Positions 38,564 to 47,503 of a stretch of 64,000 nt of DNA are shown here, one piece after another; position 1 is the stretch's first letter, and each line of letters starts with the position of its first letter. The DNA comes from Candidatus Egaibacter danicus (GTDB taxonomy: Bacteria > Pseudomonadota > Gammaproteobacteria > Burkholderiales > Burkholderiaceae_C). The notes below the pieces were generated by a model that was not told the DNA's origin, ran no database searches, and saw nothing but the letters and a program-made list of their open reading frames with translations. Both the position numbers and the translations under genes were made by a program. The stretch is from contig JADJII010000002.1 of the NCBI GenBank assembly GCA_016707075.1, positions 261,082-325,081 on the forward strand, in the 5' to 3' direction.

Positions 38564-39724
38564 ATGAATTACACCCACGAACATCTGGAAATCCAGAAAA
38601 CACTGAAGCGGTTTATTGACGCCGAGATCAACCCGCATGTCGATGAATGGGAAGCGGCCGAAATTTTTCCTGCGCATGAGGTATTCAAGAAGCTGGGCAA
38701 TCTGGGTTTGCTGGGGCTGACCAAACCCGAGGCTTACGGCGGAGCAGGTCTGGACTATTCGTATGGACTGGCCATGGCCGAAGCACTGGGGCACATTGAA
38801 TGTGGCGGCGTGCCCATGGCCATTGGCGTGCAGACCGACATGTGCACCCCCGCGCTGGCACGCTTTGGCAGTGAAGAGCTCAAGCGCGAGTTTCTGGCAC
38901 CTGCGATTGCGGGCGACATGGTGGGGTGTATTGGTGTCAGTGAGCCGGGCGCTGGCAGTGATGTGGCATGCATCAAAAGCCACGCGCGCAAGGATGGAGA
39001 CGACTATGTGATCACTGGCCAAAAGATGTGGATCACCAACAGCCTGCAGGCCGACTGGATGTGCATGCTGGTGAACACGGGCGATGGGCCCCAGCACAAA
39101 AACAAGAGCCTGGTGATGGTGCCGATGGATACGCCGGGTATCGAGAAAGCCCGCAAGATCAGGAAGATCGGCATGAACGCCAGCGACACGGGGTTGATCT
39201 ATTTTGATGAAGTTCGCGTGCCGCAGCGCTACCGCATTGGGGCGGAGGGGCAAGGGTTCATCTACCAGATGATGCAGTTTCAGGAGGAGCGCCTGTGGGC
39301 GGCGGCGAGCTGCATCCAGTCATTGAGCAACTGCATTCAATGGACGGTGGAATGGGCGCAGGAGCGCAAGCTGTTCAGTGCCACGCTGGCGGACCAGCAA
39401 TGGGTGCAATTCAAGCTGGCCGAGATGAAAACTGAAGTGGAGAGCCTGCGTGCACTGACCTACCGTGCCTGTGAGCTGTATGTGCAGGGGCAGGACGTGA
39501 CGGAACTGGCGTCCATGGCCAAGCTCAAGGCGGGCCGGCTGAATCGCATCATTCCTGATGGGTGTCTGCAGTTCTGGGGTGGCATGGGCTACACGTGGGA
39601 AAACAAGGTTTCCCGCATGTACCGAGACGGGCGACTGGCGTCCATCGGCGGCGGGGCCGACGAGGTCATGCTGGGCATCCTTGCGAAAATCATGGGCATT
39701 GCCAAGAAACCACTCAAATCATGA
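38564..39724 (+). CDS. Acyl-CoA dehydrogenase (medium/short-chain type)
   Basis: 386 aa from ATG 38564: ..GCIGVSEPGAGSD.., ..QFWGGMGYTWE.., ..IGGGADEVM... Confidence 0.9.
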   Translation: MNYTHEHLEIQKTLKRFIDAEINPHVDEWEAAEIFPAHEVFKKLGNLGLLGLTKPEAYGGAGLDYSYGLAMAEALGHIECGGVPMAIGVQTDMCTPALARFGSEELKREFLAPAIAGDMVGCIGVSEPGAGSDVACIKSHARKDGDDYVITGQKMWITNSLQADWMCMLVNTGDGPQHKNKSLVMVPMDTPGIEKARKIRKIGMNASDTGLIYFDEVRVPQRYRIGAEGQGFIYQMMQFQEERLWAAASCIQSLSNCIQWTVEWAQERKLFSATLADQQWVQFKLAEMKTEVESLRALTYRACELYVQGQDVTELASMAKLKAGRLNRIIPDGCLQFWGGMGYTWENKVSRMYRDGRLASIGGGADEVMLGILAKIMGIAKKPLKS

Positions 39725-40209
39725 CCCGACACACCGAAGTTGCGTCCGATGTTGAATTTGAACCCGAGTTCATGGAGGGTTTGAAAAAGATATTCGAAGA
39801 ACTGATTGTTTTCAACCAGGTGCTGGGGCTGCGGATCACGTCGATCAAGGCAGACCGGGTGACGGCACGGATGGATATGCGTCGCGAGCTGGTTGGCCAC
39901 TACGCCCACAACCGTGTGCACGGCGGCGTGATCAGCGCCGGGCTGGACACCATGGGTGGGCTGGCGGTCATGGCTGCGATTGGCGCGCGGCATATGGATG
40001 AACCACCAGCGGAACGGCTTCTGCGTTTTGGCAAACTCGGGACGATCGATCTGCGTGTGGACTACCTGCGCCCGGGCATTGCGGACCATTTCGAACTGAG
40101 GGCCGAGGTTATGCGCCTGGGCTCGCGCGTGGCGTCTACACGCATGGAGTTTTGCGGGCCAGACGGCAAGCTGTTTTCCACTGGGTCTGCTGCCTACATC
40201 GTGTCCTGA
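39721..40209 (+). CDS. PaaI/YigI-type hotdog-fold thioesterase
   Basis: ..HNRVHGGVISAGLDTMGG... ATG 39721 overlaps the ACAD stop (ATGA). Confidence 0.7.
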   Translation: MTRHTEVASDVEFEPEFMEGLKKIFEELIVFNQVLGLRITSIKADRVTARMDMRRELVGHYAHNRVHGGVISAGLDTMGGLAVMAAIGARHMDEPPAERLLRFGKLGTIDLRVDYLRPGIADHFELRAEVMRLGSRVASTRMEFCGPDGKLFSTGSAAYIVS

Positions 40210-40275
40210 GTTGCTATTGAAATAATAGCTGGTTGCGCATATTCCACAGACGCTAGCCCCATATTTGGCATAAAA
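40209..40275 (-). repeat. Dispersed AT-rich repeat, copy C (intergenic, reverse orientation)
   Basis: The reverse complement reads ccaaatatggggctagcgtctgtggaatatgcgcaaccagctattatttcaatagc. It has a 23-nt exact match to copy A (gtggaatatgcgcaaccagctat). Confidence 0.75.
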
Positions 40276-40298
40276 AAGCCGCCTTTCGGCGGCTTTTT
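40272..40298. terminator. Bidirectional rho-independent terminator
   Basis: aaaaaaGCCGCCtttcGGCGGCttttt lies between convergent genes. Confidence 0.7.
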
Positions 40299-40316
40299 CA
40301 AGGTGCGCTGGAGAAA

Positions 40317-41504
40317 TCAGGGTTTGGACGCAAAGTATTCTGAAACCGGTTTCCACTTGCCATCGGTGATTTGCGACAGACGCGACGCATCGTTGCCGAG
40401 GCGTTTGGTTCCGGTGAAGGTCTGTGCAGGGCCTCCAAACATGTCAGGTGGGACAGTCATCGAGTCCATGACCTTGATGAAGCTCTCTGTGGTCAGGTTC
40501 TTGCCAGCCCTTCCTGCCGCGACAGCAAAAGTGTCGATGATGCTGTAGCCATAGACTGAGAAAACTGTCGGGTCTTCATTGAACTTGGTCTTGTACTTGT
40601 TTGCCCAGAAAGCGATGTCCTTGGATGGGTCATCGGTGTACGGGTTTTGCACGGTGTTGGTGGCGTACAAGCCATTCATGGCGGGACCCCCCAGCTTGTG
40701 AATCAGGTCGGTGTAGGCCGCACTGGAGCCCAGAAAGATCGGGTTGTAGCCGAGTTTTCGGGCCGTGCCGATGGCACCGATGGTTTCGCGGATGATGGTG
40801 CCCAGCACAATCATGTCGCAACCACTGGCCTGCATTTTCTGAACCTGCGAAGAGAAGTCGGTTGCGCCACGCTTGTAGGACGTTTTTTCCGCAAACTCCA
40901 TGTTCACCGTCTTCAGACCGGCTTCTCCACCTTTCAGCACTTCCTGGCCAAAGTCATCGTCCTGGTACATCGTGCAAACCTTCTTGGCGCCTTTCTCCTT
41001 CACCAGCTTGGGCACGGCATTGCGCATCTGGTCGTAGTAGGTGGCTGCGTAGGAGTACTTGAGTTTGTGGAAGGGCTCATACATTTCGCGTGCGGCCGTG
41101 ATCGGGAAGAAATTGATCACGTTCTTTTCAAACTGCACAGGCATGGCCGCCAGGTTCTGCGCGGTGCCAATGTGGCCGACCATCATGAAAATCTTGTCCT
41201 GATTGACCAGCTTTTGCGCAGCAAGAACGGCCTTCTTGGGATCGTAGGCCGAGTCTTCCACGATGATCTTGATCTTGCGGCCATTGATTCCGCCTTGCTC
41301 ATTGATTTCGTCAACCCGCAACAACATGCCCAAGCGGGCTTGCTTTCCAAAACCGGCGATAGGGCCGGACAAGTCCTGGATGGAGCCCAGTGTGATTTCC
41401 GTCGCACTCACGCCCTGTGGAGGCGCAGCTTTCTGGGCTTGCGCCAGGGTTGCGCCCAGAGCCATGGTGGCCAGAACAGTTGCAGTTCTCGTCGTCAGTT
41501 TCAT
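40317..41504 (-). CDS. Liv-type (family 4) ABC substrate-binding protein
   Basis: Signal peptide MKLTTRTATVLATMALGATLAQA. Periplasmic_binding_protein-6-like sequence. AGGAG ribosome-binding site before ATG 41504. Confidence 0.85.
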   Translation of the reverse strand: MKLTTRTATVLATMALGATLAQAQKAAPPQGVSATEITLGSIQDLSGPIAGFGKQARLGMLLRVDEINEQGGINGRKIKIIVEDSAYDPKKAVLAAQKLVNQDKIFMMVGHIGTAQNLAAMPVQFEKNVINFFPITAAREMYEPFHKLKYSYAATYYDQMRNAVPKLVKEKGAKKVCTMYQDDDFGQEVLKGGEAGLKTVNMEFAEKTSYKRGATDFSSQVQKMQASGCDMIVLGTIIRETIGAIGTARKLGYNPIFLGSSAAYTDLIHKLGGPAMNGLYATNTVQNPYTDDPSKDIAFWANKYKTKFNEDPTVFSVYGYSIIDTFAVAAGRAGKNLTTESFIKVMDSMTVPPDMFGGPAQTFTGTKRLGNDASRLSQITDGKWKPVSEYFASKP

Positions 41505-41543
41505 CGTCGTCTCCTTAGAAAATAAAGCCTTCAATCCAGTTAC

Positions 41544-43400
41544 TTACTTGTACATGGCCTCAATCTGGGGCGCATATTTTTTTTCCACCAATTTGCGTTT
41601 GAGCTTCATGGTGGGAGTGAGTTCCTCATCTTCCGCGCTAAGCTGGGTTTCCAGCAGGAAGAACTTCTTGATCTGCTCCACCCGGGCAAACTTCTTGTTT
41701 ACCCGGTCGATCTCGGCCTGAATCAGTTCCTGCACTTGTGGTGCACGCGTCAGGCTGCTGTAGTTGCTGAAGGGTACGTCATGGTCTTGCGCAAATTTCT
41801 CCACATTTTCCTGATCAATCATGATGATCACCGTCAGATAAGGCCGCTTGTCCCCAATCACCACTGCATCCGTCACATAAGGTGAAAACTTCAAGTCGTT
41901 TTCCAGCTCGCTCGGCGTTACATTCTTGCCGCCAGCCGTGATGATGATGTCTTTCATGCGGTCTGTAATCCGGAAATACCCGTCCGCGTCCACTACGCCC
42001 ACATCACCCGTATGGAGCCAGCCATCCTTGTCGATGGTTTCTGCAGTCTTCTCTGGCAGGTTCAGGTAGCCTGCAAATACGTTTTTCCCTCGTACCAGAA
42101 TCTCGCCAGTGGCCGGATCTAGCCGCACTTCATTGAACCCGGCTGCCGGGCCAATGGAGCCTGGGCGCATCATCGTGGCAGGGACGCCGGTGGAAGCACC
42201 GCAGGTCTCCGTCATGCCCCACACTTCCAGCATGGGCACGCCCAGCGCCAGGTACCACCTCACCAGATCGGGTGAGATGGGTGCCGCGCCGGTCACCAGA
42301 AAGCGCGCCCGGTGAATGCCGATGAGCTTGCGAACGTTGTTCATCGCCAGCCAGCCAGCGACACGGAATTTGAGCTTGAGCCACCCATCAACGGGTTGGC
42401 CTGCCAGCACCTTGTCGGCGATGGCTGTTCCCACACCGATTCCCCAGGCGTAGGCAGCCTGCTGAATGGTTCCGGCTTCTTTCAGTGAAATCATCACGCC
42501 AGAATAGAACTTTTCCCACACCCGCGGCACACCCGTGAACACCGTGGGGGCGATCTCGCGCACGTTCTCGGGGATGGTCTCCGGATTTTCCACAAAATTG
42601 AGTTTGGAGCCGGTGTACAGCGAAAAGTACTCACCACCCATGCGCTCGGCAATGTGGCATAGCGGCAGGAAACACATGCGCTCGTCCCGGTCGTCTTGAC
42701 CGATCAACGTGTTGAAGCCCCGTACGGTGTACACCAGCCCCTGATGCAGGTGCATGGCACCTTTGGGCTTGCCCGTCGTGCCCGAGGTATAGACCAGAAT
42801 AGCCAGATCTTCAGGCTTGCAGGCATCGGATCTGGATTTGAGTTCGGTCGGGTGGGCTTTCAGATAGTCGCGCCCCAACGCACGCAGGGCATCCAGGCTG
42901 ATGACATCCGGCTCATCCAGGCTGCTGAGGCCCTCCATGTCAAACACCACGATCTTGCGCAACCCGGGCAACTGGGCGCGCACTTCCAGCGCCTTGTCCA
43001 GCTGCTCATCGTCCTCCACAAACAGGATAGTGGTGCGTGAGTCTTCGCACAGGTAATGCACCTGGCTGGCGGCATCGGTCGGGTAGATGCCGTTGGACAC
43101 GCCGCCACAGGACAGCACCGCCAGGTCGGCCCAGACCCACTCCACCACGGTATTGGCGAGGATGGAGGCGCATTCGCCTTGGGCAAAACCCAGGCTCATC
43201 AGTCCGCCCGCTATCTCGCTGACTGCTGTGGCCGTCTGGTTCCAGGTCCAGCTGCGCCAGATGCCCAAATGCTTCTGGCGCATCCAGACGTTGGCGCCGC
43301 GTTTCTCCACTGCATTCCAGAAGATGGCAGGAATGGTCTCACCCGGCATCACGATGTCGTGATTGGGTTGAATATTGGAAAGATCCCAGAGTTGGCTCAC
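41544..43400 (-). CDS. Long-chain-fatty-acid--CoA ligase (AMP-binding)
   Basis: 618 aa with the AMP-binding motif YTSGTTGKPKGA, plus ..GWLHTGD.. and ..GGKNV... Confidence 0.9.
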   Translation of the reverse strand: MSQLWDLSNIQPNHDIVMPGETIPAIFWNAVEKRGANVWMRQKHLGIWRSWTWNQTATAVSEIAGGLMSLGFAQGECASILANTVVEWVWADLAVLSCGGVSNGIYPTDAASQVHYLCEDSRTTILFVEDDEQLDKALEVRAQLPGLRKIVVFDMEGLSSLDEPDVISLDALRALGRDYLKAHPTELKSRSDACKPEDLAILVYTSGTTGKPKGAMHLHQGLVYTVRGFNTLIGQDDRDERMCFLPLCHIAERMGGEYFSLYTGSKLNFVENPETIPENVREIAPTVFTGVPRVWEKFYSGVMISLKEAGTIQQAAYAWGIGVGTAIADKVLAGQPVDGWLKLKFRVAGWLAMNNVRKLIGIHRARFLVTGAAPISPDLVRWYLALGVPMLEVWGMTETCGASTGVPATMMRPGSIGPAAGFNEVRLDPATGEILVRGKNVFAGYLNLPEKTAETIDKDGWLHTGDVGVVDADGYFRITDRMKDIIITAGGKNVTPSELENDLKFSPYVTDAVVIGDKRPYLTVIIMIDQENVEKFAQDHDVPFSNYSSLTRAPQVQELIQAEIDRVNKKFARVEQIKKFFLLETQLSAEDEELTPTMKLKRKLVEKKYAPQIEAMYK

Positions 43401-43404
43401 TTCA

Positions 43405-44202
43405 TCATCTCCAGGTCTTCTTTTTCTTCCAGCGGCGTTCGCTGCGCATGCCTTCTTCCTTCATGCCCAGATAGAACTCCTTGATGTCATCTTTCTCGCG
43501 CAGCCGTGCACAGGTGTCTTCCATCACAATGCGGCCGTTTTCGAGCACGTAGCCGTAGTCAGAAGCATTCAGTGCCATATTTGCGTTTTGCTCCACCAGC
43601 AAGATGGTGGTGCCACGCTCCCGGTTGATACGCACCACGATTTCAAAAATTTCTTTCGTCAGCTTCGGGCTCAAGCCCAGGCTGGGCTCGTCCAGCAGGA
43701 CCAGGTCGGGGTTGGCCATCAGCGCTCTGGAAATGGACAGCATTTGCTGCTGTCCACCTGACAGCAGGCCAGCGTCCTGCGTTGCACGCTCGCGCAGGAT
43801 CGGGAAGTAGCCATAGACTGCCTCAATATCGCGCCACACGTCATCCCGGTCCTTGCGTGTGTACGCGCCCATGAGCAGGTTGTCACGAACACTCAGCAAC
43901 GGAAATACTTCGCGCCCTTCCGGCACATGGCTCAAGCCTTGCTGAACGATGAAGGCCGGGTCACGTGCGGTGATGTCGCTTCCCTTGAATTCAATCGAGC
44001 CTTTGCGCGGGTCAATGATGCCTGAAATGGTTTTGAGAATGGTGGTTTTACCCGCACCGTTTGAGCCAAGTACGGTGGCAATTTCGCCGCGGCGCACTTG
44101 CAGACTCACCCCCCTGATGGCCTTAATGGGACCATAAGCGCTTTCCACATTGAGCAGCTTCAGTACGGCCTGATCGCTCACAGGTGGCGGTGTGGTGCTC
44201 AT
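43405..44202 (-). CDS. Liv-type ABC ATPase (LivF-like)
   Basis: Walker A GSNGAGKTT, signature LSGGQQQML, Walker B LVLLDEPS. Start at ATG 44202 (4-nt overlap with the upstream gene), not the 362-aa ORF. Confidence 0.85.
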   Translation of the reverse strand: MSTTPPPVSDQAVLKLLNVESAYGPIKAIRGVSLQVRRGEIATVLGSNGAGKTTILKTISGIIDPRKGSIEFKGSDITARDPAFIVQQGLSHVPEGREVFPLLSVRDNLLMGAYTRKDRDDVWRDIEAVYGYFPILRERATQDAGLLSGGQQQMLSISRALMANPDLVLLDEPSLGLSPKLTKEIFEIVVRINRERGTTILLVEQNANMALNASDYGYVLENGRIVMEDTCARLREKDDIKEFYLGMKEEGMRSERRWKKKKTWR

Positions 44203-44999
44203 GCCTGCCTCCGCAGCGAGGACACGTCGTCGATGGAGCCCAGATAGGCTTCGATGACTGCAGGGTCTGTCTGCACTTCTCGGGGTGTACCCATAGCCAG
44301 CACAGCGCCCTGATTCATGGCAACTACACGGTCGGAGACCTTGGAGACAAGCGTCATGTCGTGCTCTACCATCAGCACGGTGATGCCCAGCTCGTTTTTG
44401 ATGTCCTGAATCCAGAAGGCCATGTCGTCGGTTTCTTCCACGTTCAATCCGCTGGAGGGCTCGTCCAGCAAGAGCAGTTTGGGCTCGGTGCACAGTGCGC
44501 GCCCCAGCTCCACGACCTTGCGTACACCATAGGGCAGGCCTGCCACCATGGAGTCGCGATGGTGCTGAAGATCCAGAAATTCAATGATCTTTTCGGCTTT
44601 TTCGCGGGCATCAATCTCGGCGGCCATGGTTTTCGTAGTAAAGAACACCTCGCTCCAGAAGCCGGTTTTTCGCTGCGTGTGGCCACCGATCAGCAGGTTG
44701 TGCAGCACGGTGGCATGTTCAAACAACTCGATGTTCTGGAAGGTACGGGCAATGCCCAGCGCAGCAATGTTGTGCGGCGCCTGGTCGGTCAGCTTCTTGC
44801 CCAGGTAGTCGATCTCGCCCGAGGTAGGCGTGTAAATGCGGCTGATCAAATTGAATACGGTTGTTTTGCCGGCACCGTTTGGGCCGATGAGTGTGAACAC
44901 CTCGCCACGCTTCACGTCAAAGCTGACCTTGTTAACCGCCAGTACCCCTCCGAAGCGCACGCTCAGATCCCGGGCTGAAAGAAGAATGTCGTCCATCAT
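44199..44999 (-). CDS. Liv-type ABC ATPase (LivG-like)
   Basis: Walker A GPNGAGKTT, ..LPYGVRKVVEL.., LLLLDEPSSG. Confidence 0.85.
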   Translation of the reverse strand: MMDDILLSARDLSVRFGGVLAVNKVSFDVKRGEVFTLIGPNGAGKTTVFNLISRIYTPTSGEIDYLGKKLTDQAPHNIAALGIARTFQNIELFEHATVLHNLLIGGHTQRKTGFWSEVFFTTKTMAAEIDAREKAEKIIEFLDLQHHRDSMVAGLPYGVRKVVELGRALCTEPKLLLLDEPSSGLNVEETDDMAFWIQDIKNELGITVLMVEHDMTLVSKVSDRVVAMNQGAVLAMGTPREVQTDPAVIEAYLGSIDDVSSLRRQA

Positions 45000-46072
45000 T
45001 TCAACCGGTCCGATTTCTGGAAGGTCTTCTGCCGCTTGAACATGCCCTTGCGGTAGAACGGGAAAGTCTGCAAATAGGTGCGAATCTTGAACCAGCGGCC
45101 GTACAGCCCCAGCGGCTCGCCCAGCACAAACCCTATCAGGACCGCGCCATAGACCAGTGACTGCAGGCCTGGCGCCTGTCCGATCACAGCGGGCAGGTAG
45201 TCCTTGGTCATGGCAATCAGCTGCGGCATGGCAATCAGGAAGATCGCACCCAGAAACGCGCCGTGAACCGAGCCGAGCCCGCCAATCACCACCATCAGCA
45301 GCAGGTCAATGGACTGGATGATGTTGAACTGGTCTGGTGATATGAACTGGAGTTTGTGTGCGTACAGGGCGCCTGCGATGCCGGCCAGCGCTGCCGAGAT
45401 GGCAAACGACAGTGTCTTGTAGCGCGCCAAGTGGATGCCCATGCTTTGTGCAGAGATTTCCGAGTCACGAATCGCCACAAAAGCCCGGCCGGTGGATGAG
45501 CGTAGCAGGTTCAATATGCCCAGCGTCACCGTGACGGTGATCACCAGACAAAGAAAATAAAACTCTTCACCCGAGCTGAGTTCCCAGCCAAACAGATTGG
45601 GTGCCTTGATATGAATGCCCGAGTTGCCCCCGGTTACCGATTCCCACCGTGCAAACACCTCTTCCACAATGAACGCAAAGGCGATGGTCGCAATACCCAG
45701 ATAGATGCCTTTCACCCGCAAGGCCGGCAGACCCACCACCACGCCTACCGCTGCCGACAGCATGCCAGCCATCGCCAACGCAAAAGGAAAGGGGAGCCCC
45801 ATGTTGGTGAAAACTGCCTGCGTATACGCACCAACACCCAGAAACGCTGCATGCCCGATGGAGAACTGCCCCGTAAAACCGGCCAGCAGCATCAGGCCCA
45901 GGCCGGCAATGGCGTAGATCAGGATGAAGGTCAACTGGGCCAGCCAGTACTCGGCAATGAGCCAGGGTGCCGCCAGCAGGAACACCATCAACAAGCTGTA
46001 CCAAAACACATGCCCGCCATGTTTGGCCAGCCGGATGTCCTGCGCGTAGTCGGTCTTGAAGACGAATCTCAT
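44996..46072 (-). CDS. Liv-type ABC permease (LivM-like)
   Basis: Polytopic membrane protein, 358 aa, in an operon with the ATPases. Confidence 0.85.
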   Translation of the reverse strand: MRFVFKTDYAQDIRLAKHGGHVFWYSLLMVFLLAAPWLIAEYWLAQLTFILIYAIAGLGLMLLAGFTGQFSIGHAAFLGVGAYTQAVFTNMGLPFPFALAMAGMLSAAVGVVVGLPALRVKGIYLGIATIAFAFIVEEVFARWESVTGGNSGIHIKAPNLFGWELSSGEEFYFLCLVITVTVTLGILNLLRSSTGRAFVAIRDSEISAQSMGIHLARYKTLSFAISAALAGIAGALYAHKLQFISPDQFNIIQSIDLLLMVVIGGLGSVHGAFLGAIFLIAMPQLIAMTKDYLPAVIGQAPGLQSLVYGAVLIGFVLGEPLGLYGRWFKIRTYLQTFPFYRKGMFKRQKTFQKSDRLK

Positions 46073-46084
46073 GTTTGTCTGCCC

Positions 46085-46960
46085 TCAGACTTTCTTGCGA
46101 AGTTTTTCGCCAAACAGTCCGTTGGGTTTGACCATCAGCATGATGAGCACCACCACATAGGCCGCAATATCCTTGATGCCATCAGGCGCATAAAACCCGG
46201 CCAGGGATTCAACGATGCCTATGATCAACCCGCCCACAATGGCACCAGGCAAGCTGCCAAAGCCACCCACGACGGCAGCAGGGAAGGCCTTGAGGCCGAT
46301 GAAACCCATGTTGGCGTGCACAAAGGTAATGGGTGCGAGCAACAGCCCTGCGATGGCCGCTACCGCGGAAGCCAGGCCCCACACCAAACCATTGATGCGC
46401 TTGACAGGGATTCCCATGTAATAGGCGGCCAGCTGGTTTTGAGAACTGGCCTGCATGGCAATGCCCATCTTGCTGTACTTGAACATCGCAAACAGCAAGC
46501 CGCATAACACCGAGGTTGCAGCAATGACCACCATCTGCTCGACATTCAGAACCAGCGTGCCCACTTTCCAGATTTCGTCCTTATACGGAACGGGCAAGGT
46601 GTGGGTCTCGGTGCCAATGCCCGGAATCATGGTGATCAGTCCGCGTGCCACGTACCCGATGCCGATGGTCAGCATGACGATGGAAAACGCAGGTTGCCCC
46701 AAAATGGGGCGGATGATCAGGCGTTCGAGCAACACGCCAAACACCGCCATCGCAGAGATGGCGCAAATCACCGACAGCCAGAAAGGAAAGTTGAGCATGG
46801 TCATGCATGCCAACCCGCCAAAAGCGCCCAGCATCATGAGTTCGCCCTGAACGAAGCTCACGGTCTCGGTCGCTTTGTAAATCAGCACGAAGCCAAGTGC
46901 GATCAGCCCGTAGATGCATCCTTGTGCGATGCCGCTGATCACCAGTTGAAGAAATTGCAC
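46085..46960 (-). CDS. Liv-type ABC permease (LivH-like)
   Basis: Polytopic membrane protein, 291 aa. GTG start preceded by AGGAG. Confidence 0.85.
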   Translation of the reverse strand: MQFLQLVISGIAQGCIYGLIALGFVLIYKATETVSFVQGELMMLGAFGGLACMTMLNFPFWLSVICAISAMAVFGVLLERLIIRPILGQPAFSIVMLTIGIGYVARGLITMIPGIGTETHTLPVPYKDEIWKVGTLVLNVEQMVVIAATSVLCGLLFAMFKYSKMGIAMQASSQNQLAAYYMGIPVKRINGLVWGLASAVAAIAGLLLAPITFVHANMGFIGLKAFPAAVVGGFGSLPGAIVGGLIIGIVESLAGFYAPDGIKDIAAYVVVLIMLMVKPNGLFGEKLRKKV

Positions 46961-47040
46961 ACTGTCTCCTGAATTCTTGCCTCAGGTTATAGCGGCTTTA
47001 CCTCAAAAGACCGTCAGGGTTGACCCCGATAGCCCGTCAC

Positions 47041-47463
47041 TCAGGTGACTGATGGCGGTTTGGGCACTTCACGGGGTTTGCCATTGTCATCAATCGCCAC
47101 ATAGGTTAGCGATGCCTCGGTGACCTTGATATATTGCCCCTGCGCGTGGTATCGCTCGGCATACACCTCGACCTTCACGGTGATGGAGGTGCGGCCAATG
47201 CGGGTCAGCGACGAGAAGAACGACAAAATGTCACCAATGCGCACTGGCTGCTTGAAGATGAATTCATTGACCGCCACCGTCGCCATACGTCCCTGGGTGT
47301 AACGCGCAGGGATAACCGACCCTGCCAGGTCCACCTGCGCCATCACCCAGCCGCCGAAGATATCGCCGTTGGCGTTGCAGTCCGCTGGCATCGGTATGAC
47401 TTTGAGAACCAGCTCCTTGTCAGTGGGCAACTGGACGTTGGGCGCGCTTGAATTGTCAGACAT
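47041..47463 (-). CDS. YciA-like acyl-CoA thioesterase (hotdog fold)
   Basis: ..MPADCNANGDIFGGWVMAQVDLAG... Start taken at Met 47463. Confidence 0.75.
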   Translation of the reverse strand: MSDNSSAPNVQLPTDKELVLKVIPMPADCNANGDIFGGWVMAQVDLAGSVIPARYTQGRMATVAVNEFIFKQPVRIGDILSFFSSLTRIGRTSITVKVEVYAERYHAQGQYIKVTEASLTYVAIDDNGKPREVPKPPSVT

Positions 47464-47503
47464 GGGCACAATGTGAGATTGATTACGTCCCGGATTGTCC
47501 TCC

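Noticed and set aside
43405-44493. 362-aa version of the LivF-like ORF with an Arg/His-rich N-terminal extension
   Set aside because: The extension overlaps the LivG-like gene and has no ABC features. The Met at 44202 gives a normal 265-aa ATPase with a 4-nt coupling overlap.
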